IMG/VR virus record: IMGVR_UViG_3300045131_002929
Span: 64,001 to 128,000 of that record
Source: a virus
DNA length: 64,000 nt
Reading direction: 5' to 3' (one strand)
Translations under genes and position numbers: made by a program
The notes under the pieces: generated by a model
What the model was told of the DNA's origin: nothing
The model's input: only the letters and a program-made list of their open reading frames with translations
The model's database searches: none
Part shown: positions 39,303-48,342 of the stretch, one piece after another
Position numbering within the stretch: position 1 is the stretch's first letter
Layout: each line of letters begins with the position of its first letter

Positions 39303-39573
39303 AAACTAGCTGCGTGAGGCCTATAAACGGGGTGAATTCGAAGGAAGCCGACTTGTCTATACCAGGAACACTGGTACGGTAACTTCGAGCCAAACCCCCA
39401 TGGCGACATGGGGGAAGCGTGTAACGACTAGGTTCCCGAGTCTCACTGAGACGGTAATGGAGCCCAAGAGCGCCCTGGACCCTTAATAAGGGTTGTGACA
39501 TAGTCTAAACTGACGCGAAGACTGGTGTTGCGTCAGAAGCGCCGGATAAAGAGCCGGCGCGGTAATAACATTG
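39303..39573 (+). ncRNA. Group I intron 2 in polA (271 nt, no ORF)
   Basis: P1 AGGCCUU/GAGGCCU with U.G pair; P10 GCUGC/GCAGC; core GUGAAUUCGAAGGAA, AACUUCGAGCCAA, GUAACGACUA, GACAUAGUCU; terminal G; splicing restores FQGLAADGAK. Confidence 0.92.
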
Positions 39574-39888
39574 GCAGCGGACGGAGCGAAGCTCGCCCTC
39601 TGGGAGCTCCGCAAAAAAGGGTTGCGAATTACAAATTTTATTCATGATGAAGTACTTGCAGAGCTACCCGAAGGCAGCATAGACGATCTCAACCAGGAGG
39701 TGCACGACATAGAGCGTACGATGATCGACGCGATGCGGCAGGTACTGCCCGACATCGACGTGAAGGCCGAATCGGCCTTGATGGACCGCTGGTACAAGGC
39801 GGATGGCATGAGGGACTCGGCAGGGCGGCTCGTCGTCATTACCGAGGCTATGATCGAGGCCGAGCAGGCCAAAAAGAAGAAAAAGTAA
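39574..39888 (+). CDS. polA: DNA polymerase A exon 3
   Basis: AADGAKLAL, motif C IHDE. Confidence 0.92.
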   Translation, partial: AADGAKLALWELRKKGLRITNFIHDEVLAELPEGSIDDLNQEVHDIERTMIDAMRQVLPDIDVKAESALMDRWYKADGMRDSAGRLVVITEAMIEAEQAKKKKK

Positions 39889-39907
39889 CCAAACACAGGA
39901 GCACCAA

Positions 39908-41230
39908 ATGGCTTACAAAAGCTCACACACGTCCAATGAGCGCGAGGAGCGCGGGAACTACATGATCAGCAGCCGGTACCCGAACCACTATTTCACAAAA
40001 CCCAACCAGCAAGGCATGAAACGCTGGGAGTTCAGGCTCTACCCGGCATACGACCAGGAGCGCGGCGAGTGGCTGCCGCAGTCGTTCCACGCGGACGGCG
40101 ATCCGGTCAACGGGATCGGCGAGTCGTTCCGCGCGTACGAGTGCGCCATGTTCCTCGGCAACAAGATGATCAGCTTCATCAGCGAGACCACTGACTACCC
40201 AGAGAAGAACAGCCCGGCGTACATGTTCGTGAAGCGGATACTCAAGTTCTTCGAGGAGGAGGGCAAGCGCCGCGTCGACCCTGAGTGGCTCAAATGGCGC
40301 GACACCTTCAAGCTGTCCGTCCCGGGCGTCTGCATGCTCACCCAAGGCCTGCTGCTGCACAACCACGAGGGGCCGGTGGCCGACAAGATGGGCAACCCCC
40401 GCGGCCCGTGCGTGATCTACCTCCCAAGGTCGGCCACGATGGACATGGAGCCCAAGCTCACGACGAAGATCCAGCAGAACAAGCCGCTCTCCGCGGAGAA
40501 CAGCCTGATCGGAGACATCACAAGCCCGGAGAAGGGCCGGATCATCGTCATCACGACCACTCCGTCCCAATCCTTCGGCAACAGGCCCGGCAAGAACACG
40601 GAGCTGTATGTCATCAACTCCGGCGCGGAGTTCCCGCTGGATCCCGACTACTGCCGCCGCAGCTACGTCCCGTGGGCGCAGCTGGTCCAGCTGCACGACG
40701 CCAAGTGGCAGATCGGGAAGCTGGTGGAGACGTTCGACGCCAAGAGCGTGGACTACGCGCTCGGCAAGGATCCGGACTACGGCAAGCTGCTGCCGGAAGG
40801 CGTGAAAGGCGCCCACTGGAACCACCCGAGCGAAGGCGCCCCGGTATCCATGTACCAGCCGCCCGCGCCGCCGGTCTACCAGCAGCCCGTGTATCAACAG
40901 CCCGCGTATCAACAGCCGCCGGCGCCGCCCGTCTACCAACAGCCGGCGTACCAACAACCAGCCCCCGCCGCCTACCAGCAGCCGGTTCCGCCCGCCGCCT
41001 ACCAGCAGCAGGCTCCCGCCGCCTACCACCCGCAGCAGCCGGTTCCGCCGGCCGCCTACCAGCAGCCGGCCTACTCGCCAAACGTGGTCGTCGACGCGGA
41101 CGGCGATGTCACGGTCATGGACGAGGGCGCGCAGCACGTGGCCCCGCCGGCGAACCCGGCCGCCAACGAGCTGCTCCGGTCCATCATGGAGGAGCGCGAG
41201 CGTCAGATGAAGGCCCAGGGCCTGAAGTAG
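39908..41230 (+). CDS. Probable ssDNA-binding/recombination protein with a Pro/Gln/Tyr-rich tail
   Basis: Position between polA and recA-like gene; AGGAG RBS; function inferred. Confidence 0.45.
   Translation: MAYKSSHTSNEREERGNYMISSRYPNHYFTKPNQQGMKRWEFRLYPAYDQERGEWLPQSFHADGDPVNGIGESFRAYECAMFLGNKMISFISETTDYPEKNSPAYMFVKRILKFFEEEGKRRVDPEWLKWRDTFKLSVPGVCMLTQGLLLHNHEGPVADKMGNPRGPCVIYLPRSATMDMEPKLTTKIQQNKPLSAENSLIGDITSPEKGRIIVITTTPSQSFGNRPGKNTELYVINSGAEFPLDPDYCRRSYVPWAQLVQLHDAKWQIGKLVETFDAKSVDYALGKDPDYGKLLPEGVKGAHWNHPSEGAPVSMYQPPAPPVYQQPVYQQPAYQQPPAPPVYQQPAYQQPAPAAYQQPVPPAAYQQQAPAAYHPQQPVPPAAYQQPAYSPNVVVDADGDVTVMDEGAQHVAPPANPAANELLRSIMEERERQMKAQGLK
40852..41075 (+). repeat. Coding repeats of YQQP(A/V/P)
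   Basis: About 10 YQQP-type units (TACCAGCAGCC variants). Confidence 0.85.
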
Positions 41231-41285
41231 CAGCCACGGCCGGCGGGCCCGCAGCCGCCGGCCTATTTCCAAACATGAGGCTTAC

Positions 41286-42485
41286 ATGGGTTTCTTCGAA
41301 AGTTACATAGAGGAGGCGCGGAAGAAGTTCGGCGACGACAAGCTTCTCGTCGGCAAGGAGGAGGATCAAGACCTGTTCGGGGTCGAGCTGCCCTCCTTTT
41401 CGCTCCAGTATCTGATCCACAGCAACATTCTGCCGATGTCCAAAATCATCGGCCTGGCCGGGCCGCCCGCCTCGTTCAAGTCGGCCATGGGGTTCGAGAT
41501 CCTGAAGTGGCACGCGCAGGCCGGCGGCTACGGCCACCTGATCGAGACGGAGAACAAGCTGAACCCCGCGTTCCGGGACAGCGTCCTCGGCAAGGAGGCG
41601 GCCAGAGCCGTGAAGACCGACACTGTGGACAGCGTGGAGCAGGCCCAGATGCTGTTCAGCAACGCGCTGAAGTACTACAGGTCCAAATGCCCGGGCAAGG
41701 ACATCCCGTTCGCCGTCGACGTGGACTCGCTAGGCGCGTCGGCCGCGGCGGCGATGCTCGACGAGATCGAAAAGACGGGCCACGCGTCCAGGACGTACCC
41801 GGAGGCGGCGCTGCTCTGGACTTTCTATTTCAAGAAGATCAGCTCCGACATCATCGGACTGCCTTTCACGGTCGTGTTCACGAACCACCTGAAGGAGAAG
41901 ATGGACAGCAAGGTGGCGTTCGCCGAGAAGCCGACCACCAAACAGGGCGGCGTGGCCCAGGACTTCCACGCGATGTACTACCTGTACTTCACGCGGGTGG
42001 CCGACATCAACCTGGCTTCCAGGGAGGGCGCGCTGATCAGCATCAAGGCCCATAAATGCGGCACGGGTCCGGCCCGGCGCAAGATCGAGGTGCCTGTCCT
42101 GTGGCATTTCGAGGAGGACCCCGAGACCGGCAAGACCAGGCAGATCACCACATGGGACTGGCACGCCTCCACGGCCAAGCTGATGGTGTCGGAGCAGATC
42201 GTAGGCAGGATCCGCGACGTCTCGGACGTCACGGTGCAGTCCAATAGGTACTCCTCGAAAAGGCTCGGCGTGGCCAGCGTGTCCGACACGGAGCTCGGCG
42301 CGGCGCTGTGGGCGGACAAGGCCTACATGAAGGAGCTGCGCCAGGCTACCGGGTTCCCTGAGTGGCGAGTATGGTCCAAGCCGGAGGTCAAGCAGGCTAA
42401 ACCGGAAAAGGCGGAGAAGCCTGCCGCGGCCAAGAAGCCGAAGGCCGAGAAGCAGTCGGAGCCGGCGAATGGCGCGGACGCCTGA
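41286..42485 (+). CDS. RecA/UvsX-like recombinase
   Basis: GPPASFKS Walker A variant, 'IETEN', 'VDSL', 'FTNHLK', 'QGG...FHA'. Confidence 0.8.
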   Translation: MGFFESYIEEARKKFGDDKLLVGKEEDQDLFGVELPSFSLQYLIHSNILPMSKIIGLAGPPASFKSAMGFEILKWHAQAGGYGHLIETENKLNPAFRDSVLGKEAARAVKTDTVDSVEQAQMLFSNALKYYRSKCPGKDIPFAVDVDSLGASAAAAMLDEIEKTGHASRTYPEAALLWTFYFKKISSDIIGLPFTVVFTNHLKEKMDSKVAFAEKPTTKQGGVAQDFHAMYYLYFTRVADINLASREGALISIKAHKCGTGPARRKIEVPVLWHFEEDPETGKTRQITTWDWHASTAKLMVSEQIVGRIRDVSDVTVQSNRYSSKRLGVASVSDTELGAALWADKAYMKELRQATGFPEWRVWSKPEVKQAKPEKAEKPAAAKKPKAEKQSEPANGADA

Positions 42486-42933
42486 GGGGTTCTTCGACGG
42501 GTGGGACGCGGCCAAGGCGAAGACCAAGGCCGCGGCCACCCTGAGCTACGGCGCGAAGGCGCTGGAGAAGGTCTGGCCGGGCTGCGTGGAGCGCAGGCGG
42601 CTGAAGGAAGGGGCCAACCCCTTCCAGGAGGCATACCACAAAACAGGCGCCCGCGTGTTCGACGAGATGACGGCGTTCAAGGCGGACGCCAGGATACAAA
42701 CACTGCTAAAAGGCTTTTTCAAGTCCGAACTGTGGAAAAAGTTCGCCGAACGGCTTGAAGAATCCAAAGAAGCGGCTATCGTCTTCAACGTCGTCGGCGC
42801 CGGCGATTGGGTGGTGCACGCCAGGCGGAACTGGCGCAGGCCCGACGCGGGCCGCCCGCTGATCATGTATAGCGGCTCCGAGGGCGGAACCGTGGTGATA
42901 CAGGAAATGGCTCAACTCGTCGAAAGGCAGTAG
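42469..42933 (+). CDS. Hypothetical protein
   Basis: Overlaps previous stop. Confidence 0.6.
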   Translation: MARTPEGFFDGWDAAKAKTKAAATLSYGAKALEKVWPGCVERRRLKEGANPFQEAYHKTGARVFDEMTAFKADARIQTLLKGFFKSELWKKFAERLEESKEAAIVFNVVGAGDWVVHARRNWRRPDAGRPLIMYSGSEGGTVVIQEMAQLVERQ

Positions 42934-42936
42934 ACA

Positions 42937-43770
42937 ATGGGAGAGATCGTAAAAACCGAGCTGGCAGGGACGCAGGATCTGAAATCCGAGGCCGTGGGCA
43001 GGGAGACGCTGGAGAAGCTGCGCGAGATCGCCTCAGGCAGCCACAAGCATGAGAGCTACCAGGCTCTTGTGGAGTACCACAGGCGGCACATGCGCGGCTT
43101 CTACCGGAAAGCCATGGTGGCGCGGTGGGAGCTTGGCCACGACCTGTTGAAGATCAGGAACGGATCCGTGTACGGCGAGAAGACGCTGGAGAAGTTCGTC
43201 GAGGACCTGAACGACCCTTCGTTCTCCACTAAGCTGGCTTACGCCTGCGCCCAGTTCGCCGAGATGTTCTCCCCTGAGGAGCTCTGCGAGACCATGCGCT
43301 ACGAGCATGTGTACTGGGGCGTCGTGACCCGGCTCATGCGCGTCAAGGACCGCGAGGACAGGCGCAGGCTGATGAAGGCTCTGGACTCAGGCGAGATACA
43401 GGCGTCCAAGCTCGACGAGGAGCTGCGCCGGATGAAGGATTCCGCGGAGGAGTCCGAAGCGCCGGACGAGGATCTCGGCGATTCGCGCGTGGAGAGCGGC
43501 GAGGCCGGCCAGTCGGAAAACCCGCAGGAGCGGAAGACCGTCACGAAAGGCTTCAGACAGCTCATAGAGCACTGCGCCCTGCTCCGCAAAGCATGCAAGC
43601 AGGCCATGAAGGATCTCCAGAATCTGGACCTGGTGGCGGACAACGACGAGAAGTACGAAGAGGCCGTCGAAGTCATGTGCGACGCCGTGGAGGAAGCCTC
43701 CGCCGCCATCGAGCTGCTCTCGGAGTATAAGACCGAGGCCGCGCGCTACGCCACCCCCTCAAGAAGTTAG
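42937..43770 (+). CDS. Hypothetical helical protein (possible DNA-binding)
   Basis: 'RWELG..L......YGEKTLEKF' pattern; charged. Confidence 0.6.
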   Translation: MGEIVKTELAGTQDLKSEAVGRETLEKLREIASGSHKHESYQALVEYHRRHMRGFYRKAMVARWELGHDLLKIRNGSVYGEKTLEKFVEDLNDPSFSTKLAYACAQFAEMFSPEELCETMRYEHVYWGVVTRLMRVKDREDRRRLMKALDSGEIQASKLDEELRRMKDSAEESEAPDEDLGDSRVESGEAGQSENPQERKTVTKGFRQLIEHCALLRKACKQAMKDLQNLDLVADNDEKYEEAVEVMCDAVEEASAAIELLSEYKTEAARYATPSRS

Positions 43771-43779
43771 GAGGCGGCG

Positions 43780-44313
43780 ATGTCAGGCCCAGCTTTGCGA
43801 AGATGCCTGTTGTGCCGCCTGCGGTTCTGTTCGAGCTGCTCAGGCGAGCGGTACTGTCCGACATGTAGGAAAAGACATAAGACAAGGTTGCAGTCCGGCG
43901 TGGAGGTCATACCGTGCACGGCCTCCATGGAGCGGCACATGCAGACCGTCGAGCTGTTCGGGGCGGGCAAACTGGAGATGGACCCGAGCCCCGAGCTGCT
44001 GACGCGGGTGGACAGGTTCCTGGCCGACCCTGGAGCCGACTTCGACGACTCCGAGATATATGACCTGATCGACAAAGCCTCTAAACCCAAACGAAGGAGC
44101 ACGCGAACATGGGCCACGAAGAAGATCGCAAGGAAGCCGGAACTGGCTCCGCCCGCTCCTCCGCCGCCGAAGGCTCCGGAGCCGCCGGCGGTGGCGGTCG
44201 AGCCCGGCGAGTCCATCACGGCGTCCGCCGGCACTCTCACGAAAGTACGCAGAGTCCGCGCCGGCAAGGCGCGGCAGTTCGCGGCCTGGGATGACGACAT
44301 GCTCTGCGGCTGA
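43780..44313 (+). CDS. Zinc-finger hypothetical protein
   Basis: AGGAGG RBS; CLLC, CSSC, CPTC. Confidence 0.6.
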   Translation: MSGPALRRCLLCRLRFCSSCSGERYCPTCRKRHKTRLQSGVEVIPCTASMERHMQTVELFGAGKLEMDPSPELLTRVDRFLADPGADFDDSEIYDLIDKASKPKRRSTRTWATKKIARKPELAPPAPPPPKAPEPPAVAVEPGESITASAGTLTKVRRVRAGKARQFAAWDDDMLCG

Positions 44314-45280
44314 CGAGGCCCCCAGGCTGCGCCACGCCGAGGCGGCGAGACTGCGCGACGAGGTTTTCAAGGCCCTGCGCGCGGAGGGGCTGGCGGGCGA
44401 CAAGCCCACGGCCCCGGACTGCAGAGCGCTGGCTTTGGCGGCTTGCGCGGCCTTAGGGCTGCATGGCGCGATGACCGCCAAAGCCGCCGCCGACACGCTG
44501 CTGCACAGGTTGTTCGGCAAGCCGGTCACGGCCAAGCTGCTATACGCGGCCGCGGCCGCCCTGGCCGGCAACAGGGACGCCCTCGAGGCGGGCGACGCCA
44601 TCGCCGAGTGGGACGGCCGCGCGGAGACCTGGACGGCGCTAGAGGTCATAGACGTCGTAAAGGCGGGCCCGGGCCGCCGCGAGGTGGCCATGCTGGCGGC
44701 CACGGGCGCCCCGGCGGGCATTGTATTCAGACCGACGCTCACTGACAGGTACGCCCAGTTCCTGCTCCGCGAGATCGGCTATCCCAAGTTCAAACCATGC
44801 TCCGCCAGGGAACTGTTCGGGCTATGGCTCACCTGCAGGGTCCGAATGGACGGGACGCGGCCTAGGCTCGCCTCGGTGTGCGCCTCGCCGGCGCAGCGCA
44901 AGCGCACCGCCGCCATCAGGGCCATAAGGCACGGCGGGTGTCCTTTCAACAAGCCCACGGAGTGCGAGGACTGCTTCCGCGGACTGGACGCGTGCCCCGG
45001 GGCCGTAAGGCCGGTATCGTTGGAGAGGACGGAATGCGCCGCCTGCGGCCGCCAGCTATGGCTGGAGCCGGGCGCCGTCAAAGAATGCTACAAATGTTCA
45101 GAAAGGATGGCGAACCATGATTCGATTCAGACCGAAGGACCAGCCGAACGGGCCTATGTACATGCCGGCGGCGGATGTGACGCGGATGCTGCCGAAGGCT
45201 GTGTCGGCGTCGCTGCGGGGGCTGGAGGGCCGGGAGGCGATCCAGCCGGACTTGAGGACGCTGGCCGCGAGGCTGGCTGA
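44291..45280 (+). CDS. Hypothetical protein with Cys-rich C-terminal region
   Basis: CEDC, CAAC, CYKC; its 3' end overlaps the next ORF by about 160 nt. Confidence 0.55.
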   Translation: MTTCSAADEAPRLRHAEAARLRDEVFKALRAEGLAGDKPTAPDCRALALAACAALGLHGAMTAKAAADTLLHRLFGKPVTAKLLYAAAAALAGNRDALEAGDAIAEWDGRAETWTALEVIDVVKAGPGRREVAMLAATGAPAGIVFRPTLTDRYAQFLLREIGYPKFKPCSARELFGLWLTCRVRMDGTRPRLASVCASPAQRKRTAAIRAIRHGGCPFNKPTECEDCFRGLDACPGAVRPVSLERTECAACGRQLWLEPGAVKECYKCSERMANHDSIQTEGPAERAYVHAGGGCDADAAEGCVGVAAGAGGPGGDPAGLEDAGREAG

Positions 45281-45584
45281 ATTCATACATTCCGCCTACG
45301 ACCCGAAGGCTTCGTGGGAGGCGGCCGCCCTGCCAAGCGTAGGCAGGCTCGAGGACGGGATAAGCGAAGAGGCGTTCAACGCTTTCCTCAGGCAGTTCCT
45401 GGCCGCCATGCTCGACCTCTACTGGCACAGCGCCAGGGAGTGCCCGGCGGATCCGACGCTGCCGAAGGACGTGGAGTCGGCGCTGTCGTTCGCGGCCGTG
45501 CTGCGGACCATGCCGAAGAAGCTGCGCGAGGAGTATCTCGAGCATGCCCGTTCCGTGAACTCGCTGCCGGGGCGCCTGGACTGA
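45117..45584 (+). CDS. Hypothetical protein
   Basis: AAAGGA upstream; coding-like composition. Confidence 0.6.
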   Translation: MIRFRPKDQPNGPMYMPAADVTRMLPKAVSASLRGLEGREAIQPDLRTLAARLAEFIHSAYDPKASWEAAALPSVGRLEDGISEEAFNAFLRQFLAAMLDLYWHSARECPADPTLPKDVESALSFAAVLRTMPKKLREEYLEHARSVNSLPGRLD

Positions 45585-45585
45585 C

Positions 45586-46242
45586 ATGTCGGACACCATA
45601 GGCGACGCGTGGAGCAGGAAGTTCCGCGTGGACCCGAGGCGGCGCGCATGCCTGAGTTTCGCTACGGACGGGCTTGGATCCGACTCCGTGCCGATACAGA
45701 TAGGCGTAAGGATAGGCGGCGAGACCGGGTTGTGGTATGTGACGGGCGGCGACCCGCGCAGAAACGCCGACATCACCAGGATCCTGAGCGACGAGTACAA
45801 CAGCAAGGCGCTCGCCGTCGACGACGCCGTAGGCGAGCTGGCGGCTTTCATGGCCAAGCGCGGCGACCCGCAGCTCATTCTGCTCAACTCGCTCAAATGG
45901 AATAAGAAGACGCTGCCTGTGATGCTGCCGCGGCTGTGGGCCCTGCTCAAAGGCAGGGCGCTCATCGGCCTCGGCGACGCCGTATGCGCGTACAAGCACG
46001 ACGGCTTCGAGCTTTCCGAATCCCCGACCCTGCAGGCGGGGGCCGACAAGGCGGCCTCGCTGTTCGCCGGACTGCCCGGCTACAGCAAGCGCAGGCTCCG
46101 CGAGCTCTGCGAGGAGGCCGGCGTCGAGGCCGCGATCGTGCGGTCCGAGGAGTTCAGACCATGGGCCACGCTATGCGAGAGCACGCTCCTGCGCCTGGAC
46201 GCCCTCTATGAGGCGCATCTGGCCGAGCCACTTAAATTATAG
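45586..46242 (+). CDS. Divergent DnaQ/DEDD exonuclease-like protein, probably inactive
   Basis: 'LSFATDGL...DSVPIQIG', 'ITRI', 'LRELCEEAGV' resemble the DnaQ fold, but the acidic catalytic residues are replaced. Confidence 0.4.
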   Translation: MSDTIGDAWSRKFRVDPRRRACLSFATDGLGSDSVPIQIGVRIGGETGLWYVTGGDPRRNADITRILSDEYNSKALAVDDAVGELAAFMAKRGDPQLILLNSLKWNKKTLPVMLPRLWALLKGRALIGLGDAVCAYKHDGFELSESPTLQAGADKAASLFAGLPGYSKRRLRELCEEAGVEAAIVRSEEFRPWATLCESTLLRLDALYEAHLAEPLKL

Positions 46243-46260
46243 CCGGGCCAGGGCATAATA
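46232..46260 (+). promoter_or_regulatory. Candidate phage promoter (copy 2)
   Basis: TTAAATTATAGCCGGGCCAGGGCATAATA. Confidence 0.45.
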
Positions 46261-46280
46261 CATTGAGCGGAGTCCCTAAG

Positions 46281-46442
46281 ATGTCGGACCACGACGTCAA
46301 CGAGCAGATGCGGATCGTCACGGGGCTGCTCTCGATCCTAGGCAAGATCGGGACGGCCTCCAAGGAGGCGACCAAGAACAGGCCCGCGGACGAGCGGGCC
46401 AGACAGACGGCTAAAAAAATCAAAAAGGGAGAACGGCGATGA
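46281..46442 (+). CDS. Small hypothetical protein (53 aa)
   Basis: GGAG RBS; ATGA overlap with next gene. Confidence 0.5.
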   Translation: MSDHDVNEQMRIVTGLLSILGKIGTASKEATKNRPADERARQTAKKIKKGERR

Positions 46443-46798
46443 GCAGCAATCTATGGAAACGCATCGAGTCCAAAGCAACACGCGGCGTCGGCAGGGGCGA
46501 CTGGGTCTGCGGCCGCATAATGGAGGACGTCCTGGAGTTGGGCCGGATCCATCCAAGCGGCATCGTCCAGGATATTCTGGCGAAGGCCGCGCAACTGCAT
46601 GCGGATGTCCTGGCCGAGCACAAAGACAGAATGTCGTGCTCGATGAGTCTGTTGGCGGCCAAGCCGGCGAGCGCCATGCCGCGGGCCCTGGCCGCGGCGG
46701 ATGACGCTGTCGCCAAGAAGCTGAGGGGCGCGGTTGAAAAAGCGAGCAAGTCGGAGTCCGGCATCAACAACCTCGGGCAAGCCTTCCCGAAGGCCTAG
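46439..46798 (+). CDS. Hypothetical protein
   Basis: AAGGGAG RBS; followed by terminator. Confidence 0.55.
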   Translation: MSSNLWKRIESKATRGVGRGDWVCGRIMEDVLELGRIHPSGIVQDILAKAAQLHADVLAEHKDRMSCSMSLLAAKPASAMPRALAAADDAVAKKLRGAVEKASKSESGINNLGQAFPKA

Positions 46799-46817
46799 GC
46801 CTTCGAGGCTCCGCTCA

Positions 46818-46848
46818 AAGAAAACAGGGGCGACCCTGTTTTTTTTTA
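46818..46848 (+). terminator. Intrinsic terminator, possibly bidirectional
   Basis: AAAACAGGG-GCGA-CCCTGTTTTTTTTT. Confidence 0.85.
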
Positions 46849-46851
46849 GCC

Positions 46852-47289
46852 ATGCTGGACAACAGAATGTTCAATGTGTTCGTGGAGGAGTGCTCGGTGG
46901 CCAGACGGGTGCTCGGCATGGGCTTCGTTCGGGTGTCTTATCTGTTCGGACTGCCGCCGGACTTCCCGACAGGCTCCGAGGCCGGCAGCTTCATGGTCAA
47001 GGGCTGCGGCAAGGCGTTGGTGTTTCTGAACCCGGATCCCGGCGACGCCGTAAGGACCGAGGAGGACGTGAAGTATCTGGCTTGGCACGAGATGCTCGAG
47101 CTGCTGCTCACCCACAGGCTCAAGATGTTCGCGGCGGACGCGGCGCGGGGCAAGTTCGACAGGGCGGCGTGGGAGCGGCGCGTGCACGAGGTGGTGCACA
47201 GCCTGATAGGCGCGCTGAAGCCGGATCTCATGGACTCCGTGCTGGACGTCGAGCCGCAGGCGCGCCGGGACGAGGAAACCGAGCTATAG
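46852..47289 (+). CDS. Zincin-like metallopeptidase-fold protein
   Basis: 'LAWHEMLELLL' and 'VHEVVH'. Confidence 0.45.
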   Translation: MLDNRMFNVFVEECSVARRVLGMGFVRVSYLFGLPPDFPTGSEAGSFMVKGCGKALVFLNPDPGDAVRTEEDVKYLAWHEMLELLLTHRLKMFAADAARGKFDRAAWERRVHEVVHSLIGALKPDLMDSVLDVEPQARRDEETEL

Positions 47290-47346
47290 TTATAACTGAC
47301 GGGACATCGAATCCGACAGGCTGCCTACGAACGAGGGGGCGTTTCT

Positions 47347-48327
47347 ATGTATAAGGTCAGCGAGAACGAGGGTGGACTACTTGCAGGGCTGGCCTCCCTG
47401 ATGCAGCTCGGCGATCCGGGCACGCCCACCATTCCGGGACACGACGACAAAAGCAGGTACATAGGCGACCTGATCATGCAGGCCAGGGCGCTACGCTATC
47501 TGGAGCGGCAGAAGCAGAGCGCGGCCAGCATGCGCGAGATACAAGTGTTCCCGGACATCAACGCGGACAAGCGGTACAAGGGCCTGCTGAACAAGCGCAG
47601 CGAGGAGGCCGCGGGCATCGAGAAGCTGGCGATAGGCCCGCTGGCCGCGCTGCCTTGGATGTTCGGCGGCCCGCTGATGGCCTACTTCGGCTACCAAGGC
47701 GCGAAGGACGCGCTGCACTCGGGCTCGGCCGCGATAGCCGACCTGCGCAGAGGCGACATCGACGCGGCGGTCGGCGACGCGGGCTGGACGGCCTTCGACC
47801 TGGCGACGACGCTGCCGACCGGCGGTTTCCTGCTCAGGGCGCTAGGCAAGGGGCTCAAGGCGGGCGCCGTGTCGAGCAAGGCCGGCCGGGCGCTGATGAG
47901 CGGCGACAAGGCGCTGCTGCAGGCTGCCGAGGCCGCCACGCGGAAGAATCTGGAACATATGGCGGGCAGCGGCCAGGCTAAGAAATGGACGGCCCTGCAC
48001 GCGAAGCCCACCGGCCTGCTGAACTGGCCGCAGAAGCTGCTCGAGAACAGCGTCGGCGGCGACGTCAACGCCGCGGGCAGGATGTGGGGCGCGGGCCGCA
48101 AGCTCGACGAGAACCTAGCCCTCAGGGCGCTGGATCTGCCGAACAGACTCGGCTTCATGCCGGCTTACCTAGGCGTGAGCATGGGTGTGCCGATGGTCAT
48201 GGGCGAGCGCGGGTATGAGAAGAGGGAACGCGAGCTGGCCGCCGACAGCGAGCAGGCTCGCGAGAAGCGGAAGCGGAAATTGGCCGAGCAGATGGGCATA
48301 CCATACTTCGAGGCCGCTGGCAATTAA
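47347..48327 (+). CDS. Probable internal virion protein with hydrophobic Gly/Ala segments
   Basis: EKLA motif followed by a hydrophobic stretch. Confidence 0.5.
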   Translation: MYKVSENEGGLLAGLASLMQLGDPGTPTIPGHDDKSRYIGDLIMQARALRYLERQKQSAASMREIQVFPDINADKRYKGLLNKRSEEAAGIEKLAIGPLAALPWMFGGPLMAYFGYQGAKDALHSGSAAIADLRRGDIDAAVGDAGWTAFDLATTLPTGGFLLRALGKGLKAGAVSSKAGRALMSGDKALLQAAEAATRKNLEHMAGSGQAKKWTALHAKPTGLLNWPQKLLENSVGGDVNAAGRMWGAGRKLDENLALRALDLPNRLGFMPAYLGVSMGVPMVMGERGYEKRERELAADSEQAREKRKRKLAEQMGIPYFEAAGN

Positions 48328-48342
48328 CGGAAAGGATGTCCA

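Noticed and set aside
36811-39888. polA as a pseudogene or three separate genes
   Set aside because: Group I core elements, P1/P10 pairings and precise in-frame restoration of conserved motifs show that introns interrupt one gene
39923-41272. Long antisense ORFs here and at 7191-8672, 51997-53400 and 56870-58357
   Set aside because: Expected shadows of GC3-rich genes that already have clear motifs on the + strand
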